From contig CM059432.1 of assembly GCA_030390025.1 (NCBI GenBank), positions 6,262,001 through 6,326,000 of the forward strand: 64,000 bases of DNA, read 5' to 3'. This DNA is from Squalus acanthias. Lineage: Eukaryota. Below the pieces are notes generated by a model. That model was given only the letters and a program-made list of their open reading frames with translations. It searched no databases and was not told where the DNA came from. Numbering within the stretch: position 1 is the stretch's first letter; every line of letters starts with the position of its first letter. This document shows positions 28,012 through 41,040 of the stretch, piece by piece. The position numbers were made by a program, and so were the translations under genes.

Positions 28012-28402
28012 AATAACAACAACAACTTATATTTATATAGAGCCTTTAATGTAATAAAACGTCCCAAGGTGCTTCACAGGCGTGCTGTAAAAAAAATTGA
28101 CATGGGGCCATTTAAGGAGATGTTAGGGCAGATGACCAAAAGTTTGGTCGAAGAGGTAGGTCTTAAGGAGCATCTTAATGGAGGAAAGAGAAGTAGAGAG
28201 GCAGAGAGGTTTAGGGAGGGAATTGCAGAGCTCAGGGCCTTGGCAGCTGAAGGCACGGCCACCAATGGTGTAGTGAAGGAAATCGGGAATGCTCAAGAGG
28301 CCAGAATAGGCGGATCGCAGAGGTCTAGAGGGATTATAGGGTTGGAAGAAATTACAGAGATAAGGAGCGGGAGGCCATGGAGGGATTTGAAAACAAGAAT
28401 AA
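28012..28402 (-). mobile_element. L2 LINE 3' fragment
   Basis: (AAC)n tail and cgtcccaaggtgcttcacagg 3' UTR shared with the L2 copies at 30640, 35630, 48525 and 61660. Confidence 0.75.
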
Positions 28403-28774
28403 ACATATCCACTAACTCTCTTAGCTCAGTATAAATATGACATTCAGTAGCTTGGGGGGGGGGGGGGTAGGGAGGGTGGTTGGGGGGTCATTAACTCTTC
28501 TGCCTATTATGGACAGCTTTGCAACGTCGTGATGTCTGAACATCAGATGGGTTGAAAATGGGGTGAAAATAAGGAAATGAGAACAGGTTTCGAGAAATCA
28601 GTGTAAATTTCTTCTCCAAACCCACAACAAGCCAAGAGCAGCAATATCATGGAGACACCATCACCTCCAAAGTTCCCCTCCAAATCACTCACCATCTCAA
28701 TTTAGACATATATCACCATTCCTTCATTGGCACTGGATCAAAACCCTGGAATTCCCTACCTAGCACCATCATGG

Positions 28775-28875
28775 AATAAAATCAGAAAATGCTGGAAATA
28801 CTCAGCAGGTCAGGCAGCATCTGTGGAGAGAGAAACAGAGTTAACGTTTCAGGTCGATGACCTTTCGTCAGAACT
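28775..28875 (-). mobile_element. Penelope-like pseudo-LTR fragment with a minimal hammerhead motif
   Basis: Reverse strand AGTT-CTGACGA-A-AGGTC atc GACCT-GAAA-CGTT-AACT. Confidence 0.7.
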
Positions 28876-29444
28876 ATCATGGAATTGCCTGTATTACCGC
28901 AAACACCTGGACAATCTTCCACTCAACTGGACATCAGAAATGGACAATGCCCATCGAGACAGCATGTTTCGATTTTGATGTTAGGGGGAAAAGTGGACCA
29001 CAGGTTGCCCTGATCCTGATAAATTTAGTTTGCAGCTACATCAAGCTGTTTATCGCCCCTCAGCCTGTGAAGAACTGGTGTCACTGTGTGCTGAGGTTCT
29101 ATTTGTTCCTGGGGATGAAAGGTTAGGTTTGTCCGCACTGCTCCATTCAGTTAGCGTGTACCAAATGGGTCTATTCTTCATGGACAAATGATTGCAAAAG
29201 AACATGTAACACCCTTGAGTCCCTCCGAATGAAGGATGAGGCTGATTGTGTCAGAAAAATTCTTGAGCAGATGGCCACAGTCATTTGGCAGAACATGTCA
29301 TCCCAAGTCTGTCAAACAAGCACAGAAATGTTGCATGTCTGGTGGTAAGATGGGCCCTTCTTTTCGAGTCCTTCATGTGAAAGCCAATCTCTGCAAAAGA
29401 GGATGCAGCCCACCTCCTCCTGGATTGTGCATTAACAAAGAAAA

Positions 29445-30092
29445 TGAGAGATTGAGTAGAATGGGCCTTTACTCTCTGGAGTTTAGAAGAATGAGAGGTG
29501 ATCTCATTGAAACATATAAGATTCTGAAGGGGATTGACAGGGTAGATGCTGAGAGGTTGTTTCCCCTGGCTGGAGAGTCTAGAACTAGGGGGCATAGTCT
29601 CAGAATAAGGGGTCAGCCATTTCAGACTGAGATGAGGAGAAATTTCTTCACTCAGAGGGTTGTAAATCTTTGGAATTCTCTGCCCCAGAGGGCTGTGGCG
29701 TATATTCAACAACAACAACTTGTATTTGTATCGCGCTTTTAACGTAGTAAAACGTCCCAAGGCGCTGCACAGGAGTATTTTAGGACAAAAAATTTGACAC
29801 TGAGCCACATAAGGATAAATTAGGGCAGGTGACCAAAAGCTTGGTCAAAGAGGGGGGTTTTAAGGAGCGTCTTAAAGGATGTAGGGTTTTAGGCAGGGAA
29901 TTCCAGAGCTGAGGGCCTAGGCAACAGAAGGCACGAGATAGATATAGATTTTTGGACTCTAGGGGAATCAAGGGATATGGAGATCGGGCGGGAAAGTGGA
30001 GTTGAGGCGGATGATCAGCCATGATCTTATTGAGTGGCGGAGCAGGCTCGAGGGGCTGTACGACCAACTCCTGCTCCTAATTCTTATGTTCT
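29445..30092 (+). mobile_element. CR1 3' fragment interrupted by an L2 3' fragment (- strand, ~29707-29935)
   Basis: ERLSRMGLYSLEFRRMRGDLIETYKIL...LWNSLPQRAV; TTCTTATGTTCTT tail at ~30081. Confidence 0.85.
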
Positions 30093-30224
30093 TAAAAAAA
30101 ATCTGGAGAGAAATGCAATGTTTTTTGTCAAGGTTTGTTCCCAACAGCTTCACAACACAGGCACTCTGTTCTATGAACTGTTCCTGGGGATGTACACAGA
30201 AACAAAAGTCAATATTTTATATGT

Positions 30225-31830
30225 TATATATTATATTTTACACTAGTTCGGCCCCAGCTGGAGTATTGTGTCCAATTCTGGGCACCACATTTTAGGAAGG
30301 ACATGAAGGCTTTGGAGAGGGTGCAGAAGAGATTTACTAGAATTGTTCCAGGGATGAGGGATTACAGTTACGTGGATAGACTAGAGAAGGTGGGGTTGTT
30401 CTCCTTGGAGCAGAGAAGGCTAAGAGGAGATTTGATAGACATTTAGATAGAGTAAATAAAGAGAAACTGTTTCCAATGGCTGAAGGGTCGATAACGAGAG
30501 GTCACAGATTTAAGGTGATTGGCAAAAGAATCAGAGGCGACATGAGGAAAAACATTTTTATGCCACGAGTAGTTAGGATTTGGAATGCACTGCCTGATAG
30601 GGTGCTGGATACAGAGTCAATAGTAGCCTTCAAGTATCTATCCTTGGCCCCCTCCTATTTCTCATCTACATATTGCCATTTGGCGACATCATCCAAAAAC
30701 ACAGCATCAGCTTCCACATGTACGCTGACGACATCCAGCTCTTCCTCATCACCACTTCTCTCGACCCCTCCGCGGTGTCTAAATTGTCAGACTGCTTGTC
30801 CAACATCCAGTTCTGGATGAGCAGAAATTTTCTCCAATTAAATATTGGGAAGACAGAAGCCATTGTTTTCGGTCCCCGCCACAAACTTCGTTCCCTAGCC
30901 ATTGACTCCATCCCTCTCCCTAACATCTGTTTGAGGCTGAACCACATTGTTCGCAACTTTGGTGTCATATTTGACCCTGTAATGAGCTTATCCACAGCGT
31001 AACTAAGACCACCTATTTCCACCTCTGTAACATCGCCCGTCTCCACCCCTGCCTCAGCTCATCCGCTGCTGAAACCCTCATCCATGCCTTTGTTACCTCT
31101 AGACTTGACTAGTCCAACGCACTCCTGGCTGGCCTCCCACATTCTACCCTACGTAAACTTGAGGTCATCCAAAACTCGGCTGCCTGTGTCCTAACTCGCA
31201 CCAAGTCCCGTTCACCCATCACCCCTGTGCTCGCTGACCTACATTGGCTCCCGGTTAAGCAACGCCTCGATTTCAAAATTCTCATCCTTGTTTTCAAATC
31301 CCTCCATGGCCTCGCCCCTCCCTATCTCTGTAATCTCCTCCAGCCCCACAACCCCCCTGAGATACCTGCGCTTCTCTAATTCTGCCCTCTTGAGCATCCC
31401 TGATTATAATCACTCAACCTTTGGTGGCCGTGCCTTCTGTTGCCTAGGCCCTAAGCTCTGGAATTGCCTACCTAAACCTCTCCGTCTCTCCTCTTTTAAG
31501 GTGCTCCTTAAAACCTCCCTCTTTGACTAAGCTTTTGGTCACCTGCCCTAATTTCTCCTTATGTGGCTCGGTGTCAAATTTTTATCTTACAATACTTCTG
31601 TGAAGCGCCTTGGGACGTTTTACAATGTTAAAGACGCTATATAAATGCTAGTTGCTGTTGTTGATCAAAAGGGAATTGGATAAATACTTGAAGGAGAAAA
31701 AAATGCAGGGATATGGGGAAAGGATGAGGGAGTGGGACTAACTGGGTTGCTCTTCAAAAGAGCTGTTGCAGACTCGATGAGCCGAATGGCCTCCTTCTGT
31801 GCTGTACTATTCTATGATTCTATGTTTGTT
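30225..31830 (+). mobile_element. CR1 3' fragment carrying an L2 insertion (~30640-31663) with the RT motif YADD
   Basis: CR1 [15 protein letters not shown] motif; L2 part FHMYADDIQL...NFLQLNIGKTEAI...SRLD...LHWLPV with (GTT)n tail; CR1 resumes at tcaaaagggaattgg and ends ATTCTATG. Confidence 0.85.
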
Positions 31831-31839
31831 CTCAGAAGG

Positions 31840-32640
31840 TGGTTGTCGCATTTATTGCCCATCCTTAGCTGCCCTGAGAAGGTGGTGGTGGGGCTCATTT
31901 TTAAACTTTTACACTCCTTGTGATGATGGCGATTCCATGATGGTGCTGGGTAGGGAATTCCAGGGTTTTGACCCAGTGACAATGAAGAAATGGTGATATA
32001 TGTCTAACTTGGAGGGGAACTTGGAGGTGATGATGTTGCTGCTCGTCCTTCTCACTGATAGAGATCGTGGGGTTGGGCGATGCAGTCAAAGTAAGCTTGA
32101 TGGATTGCTGTAGTTCATCCTGTAGATCAAACATACTGCAGCCACAGTATATTGGCTGTGGATGGGGTGGATATAGAGTCCAATGGATGGGGCACCAATC
32201 AAGTGAATTTCATTCCTGGATGACATCAAGTTTCTTGAAAGGTGTTGCAGTTGTATCCATGCAGGTGAGTGGTGAGTATTCCTATCACACTCCTGACTTG
32301 AGCCTTGTGAATGGTGGAAAGGGTCAGAATTGAGTCATTCATCACAGAATACCCAGCCTTTGTCCTGCGCTTGTAGCCACAATGTTAAAATGACTGGTCC
32401 AGTTACATTTGTGGTAAATAGTGACCCCCCAGGATGTTGATGGTGGGAGACCTAGGAGTTGTTGTCCTGTTTAACGGCAGAGCGAAGTTATTGTGCTTCT
32501 TTTTATCGACATGGTCTTTACCTGGCATTTATGTGGCACGGATGATATCTGCCACTTGTCAGCTGTACCCTGGATATCCAGGTCTTGCTGAAGACTGGCA
32601 TGGACTGCTTCATTATCGGAGGATGTAAGAAGTGAAAAAC
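31840..32640 (-). mobile_element. Degraded LINE 3' region (third family, gggcaataaatg tail)
   Basis: HHHLQVPLQV peptide on the - strand; related to 28640-28770 and 48180-49260; same tail as the SINEs at 34048 and 45931. Confidence 0.6.
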
Positions 32641-34047
32641 ATTGTGGTCAGGAAACCCATAAACCTTATAGAGTATACTTGCTAAAAAAAGGATCAAATG
32701 GATCCACAACTTCTTCACTTTATCTCCTCATCAAAGAATCATCTGGGATTAACCACTCATATTTAGGGGGTTATTAAAAGCCTAAATTTGGCTCCTGTGA
32801 AATGCTTAAAATGAACTGGTGCAAATTATATTAACCTTTCTGCAGCCAAGCACCCTCCAGATGGCCAATGGGTGAGTGAGTGAATGAGACAACTTCTTCT
32901 TGCCAAATGATGAAAGAAGAATTCAGACAATTAAATAATGAATAACATTTCTTTATTGACACATAATGTAATACATGAAGCAGTATTTTTATACTGAACA
33001 CTAAACATTTCTGAGCTACTTAAGCAGTTGCAATTCACTGAGGGAATGAATAAACTTAAGGTTAAGGTTACAAAGGTAATTGAGCATCAGCTGGACATTA
33101 TTGAGTCCAAATTAACATTACACTTAATGTCCAAAATTGGCACTAAGTTGACGCGACTTGTTTACTGTTAGACTCCTCGTATAATTGACAAGTTAACAGC
33201 TCTGAATTGCAAGGCTAGCAGTTGTGTTGCTGTCCAGCTCAGCATATTACTGACAAGCTTGTAGCTTTAGCAATGATTCTTGAATCTTACATAATCCCAT
33301 CCTTCTGAATTGGTGCAGTAGAGTTATTTATCTCGCCTCCCTCTGGGACGCTCGGATTGGCCTTTTGGGACGTCAGAGCGCTGAATCTTTGTCTGTAGAA
33401 GTGGTATCCATTTCCTCTAGGATTGCCTGTCTCTCCTGGTTAGATTCACCTTGCATGTCGGTACATATATTGGGACTAAAGCTCATTCAAATCTCTCTTC
33501 CCTTATACGCAGGGATTTTTCTTTTACGTCAAATGACACGTAACATTTTGCCTAGATCTGACTGGACATCTGAACTTTTCTTCAGCTCTGTTCCAGATTC
33601 TCTATAACCTGTCTTTCTCGGACACTTTCTGATCATCTTAAATTGTCTGAAATCATCTCTTTAGATTTTCTTCTCCCACTCCCTTTCACTCTTTATTTTA
33701 GGTGTTGCACACACCAACTTGTGTGCCTCTAATTTTCACAAAATAAACTCGTCTGACAGTTGGCCGTCTGAGTGATACATGTACTGCAAGAGTTCACCTT
33801 TTAGGTGACAATCACCTTAAGCAGACACCTGTCTAATACTTATAATGACTGAATTTTAATTACAAAACAAAAACCACACATGCTAGCTGACCGGTAACTC
33901 CATATAATCTCTTGGATTTCAATAACAAGAAAACTGAACAACACCAAATAAAAGTGGCACTTTCCTGAGTCACTTTAGCATCTCTCTAAGTTTGTGGTGT
34001 TAGCAACCTAGGCCTAATGGCTCTATGTATATGGGCTCTTTGTCCTC

Positions 34048-34580
34048 ACAGTGTAGCATTGTGGTTATGTTACTAAACTAGTAATTCAGAGGCCTGGACT
34101 AATGATCCAGAGACATGAGTTCAAATCCCACCAGAACAAATGGGGAATTTAAATCAGTTAATTAAATAAATCTGTAATTAAAAAAAAAAAGCTAGTGTCA
34201 GAACCCGGAAACCAGCTGACCCGCACCCATCCCGACACCGAACGCAAAATCGCGGCCGTGAGTTCAAATCCCACCACGGCAGATTAAATAAATCTGGAAT
34301 TATCAGTAATGGTGACCGTGAAACTACCGGATTGTCGTAAAAACCCATCTGGTTCACTAATGTCCTTTAGGGAAGGAAATCTGCTGTCCTTACCCGGTCT
34401 GGCCTATTTGTGACTCCAGACCCACAGCAATGTGGTTGACTCTGCCCTCTGAAATGGCCGAGCAAGCCACTCAGTTGTACCAAACCGCTACAAAAAAAGA
34501 ACAGCGGTTCTTCTCATGGGCAATAAATGCTGGCCTTGCCGGCGGCACCCAGATCCCATGAACGAATAAATTAAAAAAAA
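34048..34580 (+). mobile_element. tRNA-derived SINE (second family) with a partial internal duplication
   Basis: gtagcattgtggttatgttact A-box-like head; GAGTTCAAATCCCACC B box present twice; gggcaataaatgctggcc tail and poly-A. Confidence 0.75.
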
Positions 34581-35627
34581 GATTCAAGCTGAACATTGCT
34601 GCTGGAAAGCCATTAACTCATGAAGATACCTGTTGATCTGCCTGAAATATCCCGGTATTCCAGAGCAAAGACATGCCGAGACTGAGTTTTGCAGACTTGT
34701 AGGTTCCAATCTCCAGACTAGGTGCTGAAGGATGCATTGAACCTTGTTGCAGCTGCTGCAGATGCAAAATGGGGAATGGACCCAAAATGAGGCCCTCCTG
34801 TCATTGTCTATAGATTAATTTCTGTAGTTGGAACCTAAAAGGTAAATGTCCAGTTAAAATGTTTATATAGAAACCAAATGTGTTAATGCGAGCATAACCC
34901 GAGTTTGTCTACTTCAAAAACACCTTATGAATTATGATATAATTTTACACAGCACAGAATGCTTTTTTGACAGAGTTTTTTATATTTGATCAATGAATAA
35001 AGCTTTCTTTAGGAAAAAAGAGCCATTAACTCTCAGTCGGCTATGTAAATGCAACCTTCGTGGTTGCAATGGGAAAAATATATGCGAGATTCAAAATGTA
35101 GTAAAAAACATACAAACAGCCAAGTTCTGCCCCTGATAGTGACAGCATCCAGTAAATATTTCCTGGAATTTCAGTATACTTCCAAGAAAGTCATCTTTAT
35201 AGCATTAAAACTATACTGAAAATTCAGCACCTGCCAAGTGGAGGTGTATTGGTCAGCAAAGAATTTTCTGCAACATCTCCTGAATATCATCTGTCTCGAT
35301 CCCTTTGTGTTTGCGATTCCGTGCCTGCTTTTCCATACTTACATAATTGTTTGCATTGCTTTAAAATGTCAAAAAAGTCTAAGTGGTTAGAATATATTTT
35401 CACTGCCTTATTTACCTGTAAATGATAATTTTCTGAATAAAGTATCTATCTGATTACACAATGGGTCGATGCAAGAGAAGTTAAATCTCTGTTTCCTTTC
35501 CGTGTCTCTTCTGAAAACATTTGAATATAACTCTAAAAATGTTTTCTATATGTCAGTAAAGTTACCATGTTTCACTTGGAATGAGCTTTAATGTCACTTT
35601 CAAATATGCAAAGGCTCAGCTACTTTG

Positions 35628-36090
35628 AGACAACAACAAGAACCTGCATTTATATAGCGCCTTTAACATAGTAAAACGTCCCAAGGCGCTTCACAGGAGC
35701 AATTATCAAACAAAATTTGACACTGAGCCGCATAAGGAGATATTAGAACAGGCAATCTAAAGCTTGGTCAAAGAGGTAGCTTTTAAGGAATGTCTCAAAG
35801 GAAGAGAGGTAGAGAGGTGTAGAGATTTAGCTATGAAAATTGGGAATGTGCAAAAGACCAGGATTGGAGGACTGCAGAGATCTTGGAGGGTTGTAGGTCT
35901 GGAGGTTAGAGGTAGGGAGGGGTGAGGTCATGAAGGGGTTTGAAGACAAGGATTAGAATTTTAAAAATCGAGGTGTTGCCGGACTGGGAGCCAATGTAGG
36001 TCAGCGAGCACAGGGGTGAAGGGTGAACGGGACTTGGTGCGAGTTAGGATACGTGCAGCAAAGTTTTAGATGAGCTCAAGTTTACAAAGG
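35628..36090 (-). mobile_element. L2 LINE 3' fragment
   Basis: (CAA)n tail; reverse complement of the LHWLPV-encoding L2 3' region. Confidence 0.8.
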
Positions 36091-36321
36091 GGTGCAAGGT
36101 GCAAACCTATGACATCCAGATGTTACTACTGAGATTTGTTGTATCGCAAGATGGAAACTAACTAAATTGCAGCTTATTTCACAGGTGTGCTACTTGTGCA
36201 TATTTGTAGGACATGAACAAGAGTTGATACCATTCCTCATCGTCAAATCAGCACTTCGTTTTTTGATCTGAAAGACTGATCTTGTAAAAGCTTCTTAATA
36301 TTCTTGTGGTTCAGCATTAGA

Positions 36322-37475
36322 ATGTAAGAACATAAGAAATAGGAGTAGGAGTCGGCCATTCGCCCCCTCGAGCCTGCTCCGCCATTCAATAAGATCATGG
36401 CTGATCTTCTACCTCAACTCCACTTTCCTGCACTATCCCCATATCCCTTGATTCCTTTAATATCCAAAAATCTATCAATCTCTATCTTGAATATACTCAA
36501 CAACTGAACCTCCACAGCACTCTGGGGTAGAGAATTCCAAAGATTCACCACCCTCTGAGTGAAGAAATTTCTCCTCATCTCAGTCCTGAATGGCCGACCC
36601 CTTATTCTGAGACTGTGACACTTGGTTCTAGACTCCCCTGCCAGGGGAAACATCCTCCCTGCATCTACCCTGTCAAGTCCTGTAAGAATTGTGCATGTTT
36701 CAATGAGATCACCTCTCATTCTTCTAAACTCTAAAGAATATAGGCCTAGTCTACTCAATCTCTCCTCATAGGACAATCCCTCCATCCCAGGAACCAGTCT
36801 GGTGAACCTTCGTTGCACTCCCTCTATGGCAAGTATATCCTTCCTTAGGTAAGGAGACCAAAACTGTACACAATACTCCAGGTGTGGTCTCACCAGGGCC
36901 CTATATAATTGCAGTAAGACGTCTTTACTCTTATACTCAAATCCTTTGTAATAAAGGCCAACATACCATTTACTTTCCTAATTGCTTGCTGTACCTGCAT
37001 GTTAACTTTCAGTGATTTGTGTACAAGGACACCCAGGTCCCACTGAACACCAACCTTTCCCAATCTCTCACCATTTAAAAAATACGCTGCTTTTCTATTT
37101 TTCCTACCAAAGTGGATAACTTTACATTTCTCCACATTATATTCCATTTGCCATGTTGTTTCCCATTCACTTAGCCTGTCTATATACTCTTGAAGCCTCT
37201 TTGCATCTTCCTCACAACTTACATGCACACCTAGCTTTGTATCATCAGCAAAGTTGGATATATTACATTTGGTCCCCTCATCCAAATCATTGATATAGAT
37301 TGTGAATAGCTGAGGCCCAAGCACAGATCCTTGCGGTATCCCACCAACCCGAAAATGACCCGTTTACTCCAACTCTCTGTTTTCTGTCCGTTAACCAATC
37401 TTCAATCCATGCTAGTATATTACCCCCATCCCATGAGCCCTAATTTTGTTCAATAACCTCTTGTGTGACATTGCT
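36322..37475 (-). mobile_element. 5'-truncated CR1 (RT C-terminal half and 3' UTR)
   Basis: ORFs 36890-37324 (LGPQLF...FADDTK) and 36414-36893 ([13 protein letters not shown]); ATAAGAAC tail. Confidence 0.9.
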
Positions 37476-37589
37476 CCTTATGGTTTGCTTGCTACATGAC
37501 ATAATGGTGAGCAGATGTTTAAATACATGGCAAAAAACTATTTAAACAAAACATACTGAAAATCAGTAGTAATTTTTAGACACCAGTTC

Positions 37590-38790
37590 AAGAATTATAC
37601 AAAGTATTTACAGCACAGAAACAGGCCATTCGGCCCTACAGGTCCATGCGGGTGTTTATGCTCCACACGAGCCTCCTCCCACCCCTCTTCATTTCACCCT
37701 ATCAGCATATCTTTCTATTCCTTTCCCCCTCATGTGCTTATCCAGCTTCCCCTTAAATGCATCTATGTTATTCGCCTCAACCACTCCTTTTTGTAGCGAG
37801 TTCCACATTCTGACCACTCTCTGGGTGAAGAGGTTTCCCTTGAATTCCTTATTGGGTTTATTAGTCATGATGCGGAGATGCCGGTGTTGGACTGGGGTGG
37901 GCACTCGGGTTTATTAGTGATTACCTTATATTTATGACCCCTAGTTCTGGTCTCGCCCACAAGTAGAAACATCTTCTCTACATCTACCCTATCAAACCCT
38001 TTCATAATCTTAAAGACCTCTATCAGGTCACCCCTCAGTCTTCTCTTTTCTAGAGAAAAGAGACCCACCTTGTTCAATCTTTCCTGATAGGTATAACCTC
38101 TCAGTTCTGGTATCATTCTAGTAAATCTTTTTTGCACCTTCTCCAGTGCCTCTATATTTTTTATAATATGGAGACCAGAACTGTTCACAGTACTCCAAGT
38201 GTGATCTAACCAACATTCTATACAAAACTTCTCTGCTTTTCACTTCTATCCCTCTAGAAATGAACCCCAGTGCTTCGTTTGCTTTTTTTTGGTCTTATTA
38301 ACCTGCGTCATTACTTTTAGTGATTTGTGAATCTGTACCCGCAGATTCCTCTGTTCCTCAACCCCATTTAGACACTTATTTTCCAAGAAGTGACCTCCTT
38401 ATTCTTCCTACCAAAATGTCTATATTGCCACAAAGGTATTTCTACTTCCAGATAATCTGAACATACATTTTTGCACCCAACAATCTAGCAATATAGAATC
38501 ATAGAATTTTACAACACAGAAGGAAGCCATTCAGCCCATCATGTCTGTGCCGGCTCTTTGAAAGAGCTCTCCAATTAGTCCCACTCCCCTGCTCTTTCTC
38601 CATAGCCCTGCAAATTTTTCCTTTTCACTCATCCCTGGGACCTTTCTTGTAAATCTCTTCTGGACTCTCTCCGAGGCCATGATATCCTTCCTAAAGTATG
38701 ATGCCCAGAATTGGACACAATCCTCCAGCTGAGTCTGAACCAGTGATTTATGAAGGTTCAGCATAACTTCCTTGCTTCTGTACTCTATGC
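37590..38790 (-). mobile_element. Two adjacent CR1 3' fragments (~37590-38420 and ~38490-38790)
   Basis: EKVQKRFTRMIPEL...RGDLIEVFKIM; LEDCVQFWA; separate 3' tails. Confidence 0.85.
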
Positions 38791-38794
38791 CTAT

Positions 38795-39480
38795 TAAAGA
38801 TTAAAGGGTGTGGAATTGGGGGAGGTTAGCAAACTGGATTCAAAATTGGTTCGAAGCGAGAAAGCAGAGATTAGAAGTTAAGGGAAGCTTTTCAGAGTGG
38901 TTGCAAGTGGGTAATGGTGTCCCACAGGATTTAGTTCTCTGGCCACTTCTCTTCACTGTACATATTAATGACTCGGACATGGACCGTGCGAAATTTGCAG
39001 CTGATACGAAAATAGGAGGTACAGTTAATTCTTTAGAAGACTAAAGGAAGCTGCAAAACAATATGGATAAGATGGGGGAATGGGATAAAAAGTGACAGAT
39101 AAAATTCAATATCAATAAGTGTCAGGTTTGCTTTTTTTTGGTCTTATAAAAAAGCAGTAATTATACTCTGAATTGAAGTAGGCTTGGTGCTGTGGAAGAG
39201 CAGAGGGTCTTGGGGGTACAGGCTCACAGAACATTAAAGTCATCACCTCAGGTGGGTAAGGCTTTCAAAAAAAAAGTTAATAGATGTTTAGGTTTTCCCT
39301 CAAGAGGTGTAGAATATAATAACCAAGAGGTACATGAGGCCTAATTTAGAGTACTGTGTGCCGTATTGGGCTTCGCACTAATACAAGGATATTGTGGATT
39401 TAGAAAGGATACAATGCAGATTAACAAGGATGCTGCCAGATGTCAGCCGTGGCTCAGTGGTTAGTATGCTCGCCTCCGAG
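38795..39480 (+). mobile_element. Older degraded CR1 RT fragment followed by a SINE head fragment
   Basis: WIQNWF...GVPQDLVLWPLLF...KFAADTK; gtcagccgtggctcagtgg at ~39442. Confidence 0.7.
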
Positions 39481-40083
39481 TTACCATATCTTCTGATGCT
39501 GTCCAAAGACTTTCAGAATTTTTGTCCCCTCGCTATGTAACTCCCCTTTAATTATCCTCATCCCTTTAAATTTGTCGTTCACATGATTATCCGCTCCACT
39601 ACTTGCCTGCTCTTGAGAGCCATCCAAATTTACACCAGAAGCTATGCTAATGTGCTGACCCAGAAAAATTGAATGTAAAACAGCCCACTTTCAATTTCTG
39701 TCTGTCTAAACACATTGATGTTTCATTCTGGCAGCAATAACACTGAAAGGGGGAAGTCTAGGCCTTTCTGTCCAGCTTCATACACGGGATAGTCAGGCAG
39801 CCACTGACACCAGTGGTTTGGGAACATACCCCAACAATAGTCATTGCATTCAGAGGCGAGGAGGAAAGTGGAAATAAAAAGTTTTGAAGTTAGGAAATTG
39901 CAAGATAGATTTCTGGATCATATCACCTGTTTGGTGTCCACCTTTCTGGAAACATTCTGAGATACTGTTAGCTTTATGAGTGGTGCTATATAAATGCAAA
40001 TTATTGTTGTTATCTTGAACTAAATATTAATACCAAAGTGCATAATGGAGATAAAATAAAAATTGTATTACTGGGCAACTTTT

Positions 40084-40515
40084 AACATAGAAACATAGAA
40101 TCTAGGAGCAGGAGTAGGCCATTCGGCCCGTCGAGCCTGCTCCACCATTCAATACGATCATGGCTGATCATCCAAATCCAGTACCCTGTCCCTGCTTTAA
40201 TCCCCACAGTACACATATCCCACCCTACCCCCGTAACCCCACGTATTTAATTCCCCCTAACATATCCCATCCTATCCCCATAACCCCACATATTTAATCC
40301 CCCCCTAACACTAAGGGTCAATTTATCATAGCCAAATCAACCTAACCCGCACATTTTTGGACTGTGGGAGGAAACCGGAGCACCCGGAGGAAACCCACGC
40401 AGACACAGGGAGAATGTGCAAACTCCACACAGACAGTCACCCGAGGTCAAGATTCGAACCCGGGTCCCTGGCGCTGTGAGGCAACAGTGCTAACCACTAT
40501 GCCACCGTGTTGCCC
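40084..40515 (-). mobile_element. HE1/V-SINE with a CR1-derived tail
   Basis: Reverse strand tRNA head (GGCAACACGGTGGCATAGTGGTTAGCACTG...GGTTCGAATC) and V-domain (tgtgtggagtttgcacattctccc...gggtttcctccgggtgctccggtttcctccc); tail acatagaaacatagaa. Confidence 0.85.
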
Positions 40516-40569
40516 TTTTGGCTTTCCTTTGAAACTGGTCAAAAAATTCTGTTGTTTGGCATACTACTT

Positions 40570-41040
40570 CTTTTGTTGTGAAATAAAAAGGAAAATTCTG
40601 GAAACATTCAGTTGGGCAGGCAGCATCTGTAGAGAGAAACAGAGTTAACTTTTCAGGTCGATGTCCTTTTAGAATCATAGAATGACACAGCACAGAAGGA
40701 GGTCATTCGTCCCTTCGTACCTGCTCTCTGAAAGAGCTCTCCAATTAGTCCCAGTCCCCCCTGCTCTTTCCCCATAGCCCTGCACATTTTTCCATTTCAA
40801 TTATTAATCCAATTCCCTTTTGAAAGTTACTATTGAATCTGCTTTCAGGCAGTGCATTCCAGATCATAACCCGCTGCGTCAAAAGATTTCTCCTCATCTC
40901 ACCGCTGGTTCTTTTGCCAATTACCTTAAATCGGTGTCCTCTGGTTACCGACCCTCCTGCCACTGGAAACAGTTTCTCCTTTTTTACTCTATCACAACCC
41001 TTCATGATTTTGAAATCTCCCATAACCTTCACTGCTCTAA
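40570..41040 (-). mobile_element. Penelope pseudo-LTR remnant followed by a CR1 3' fragment
   Basis: cagcatctgtagagagaaacagagttaac; CR1 GSVTRGHRFKVIGK...WNALPE. Confidence 0.75.
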
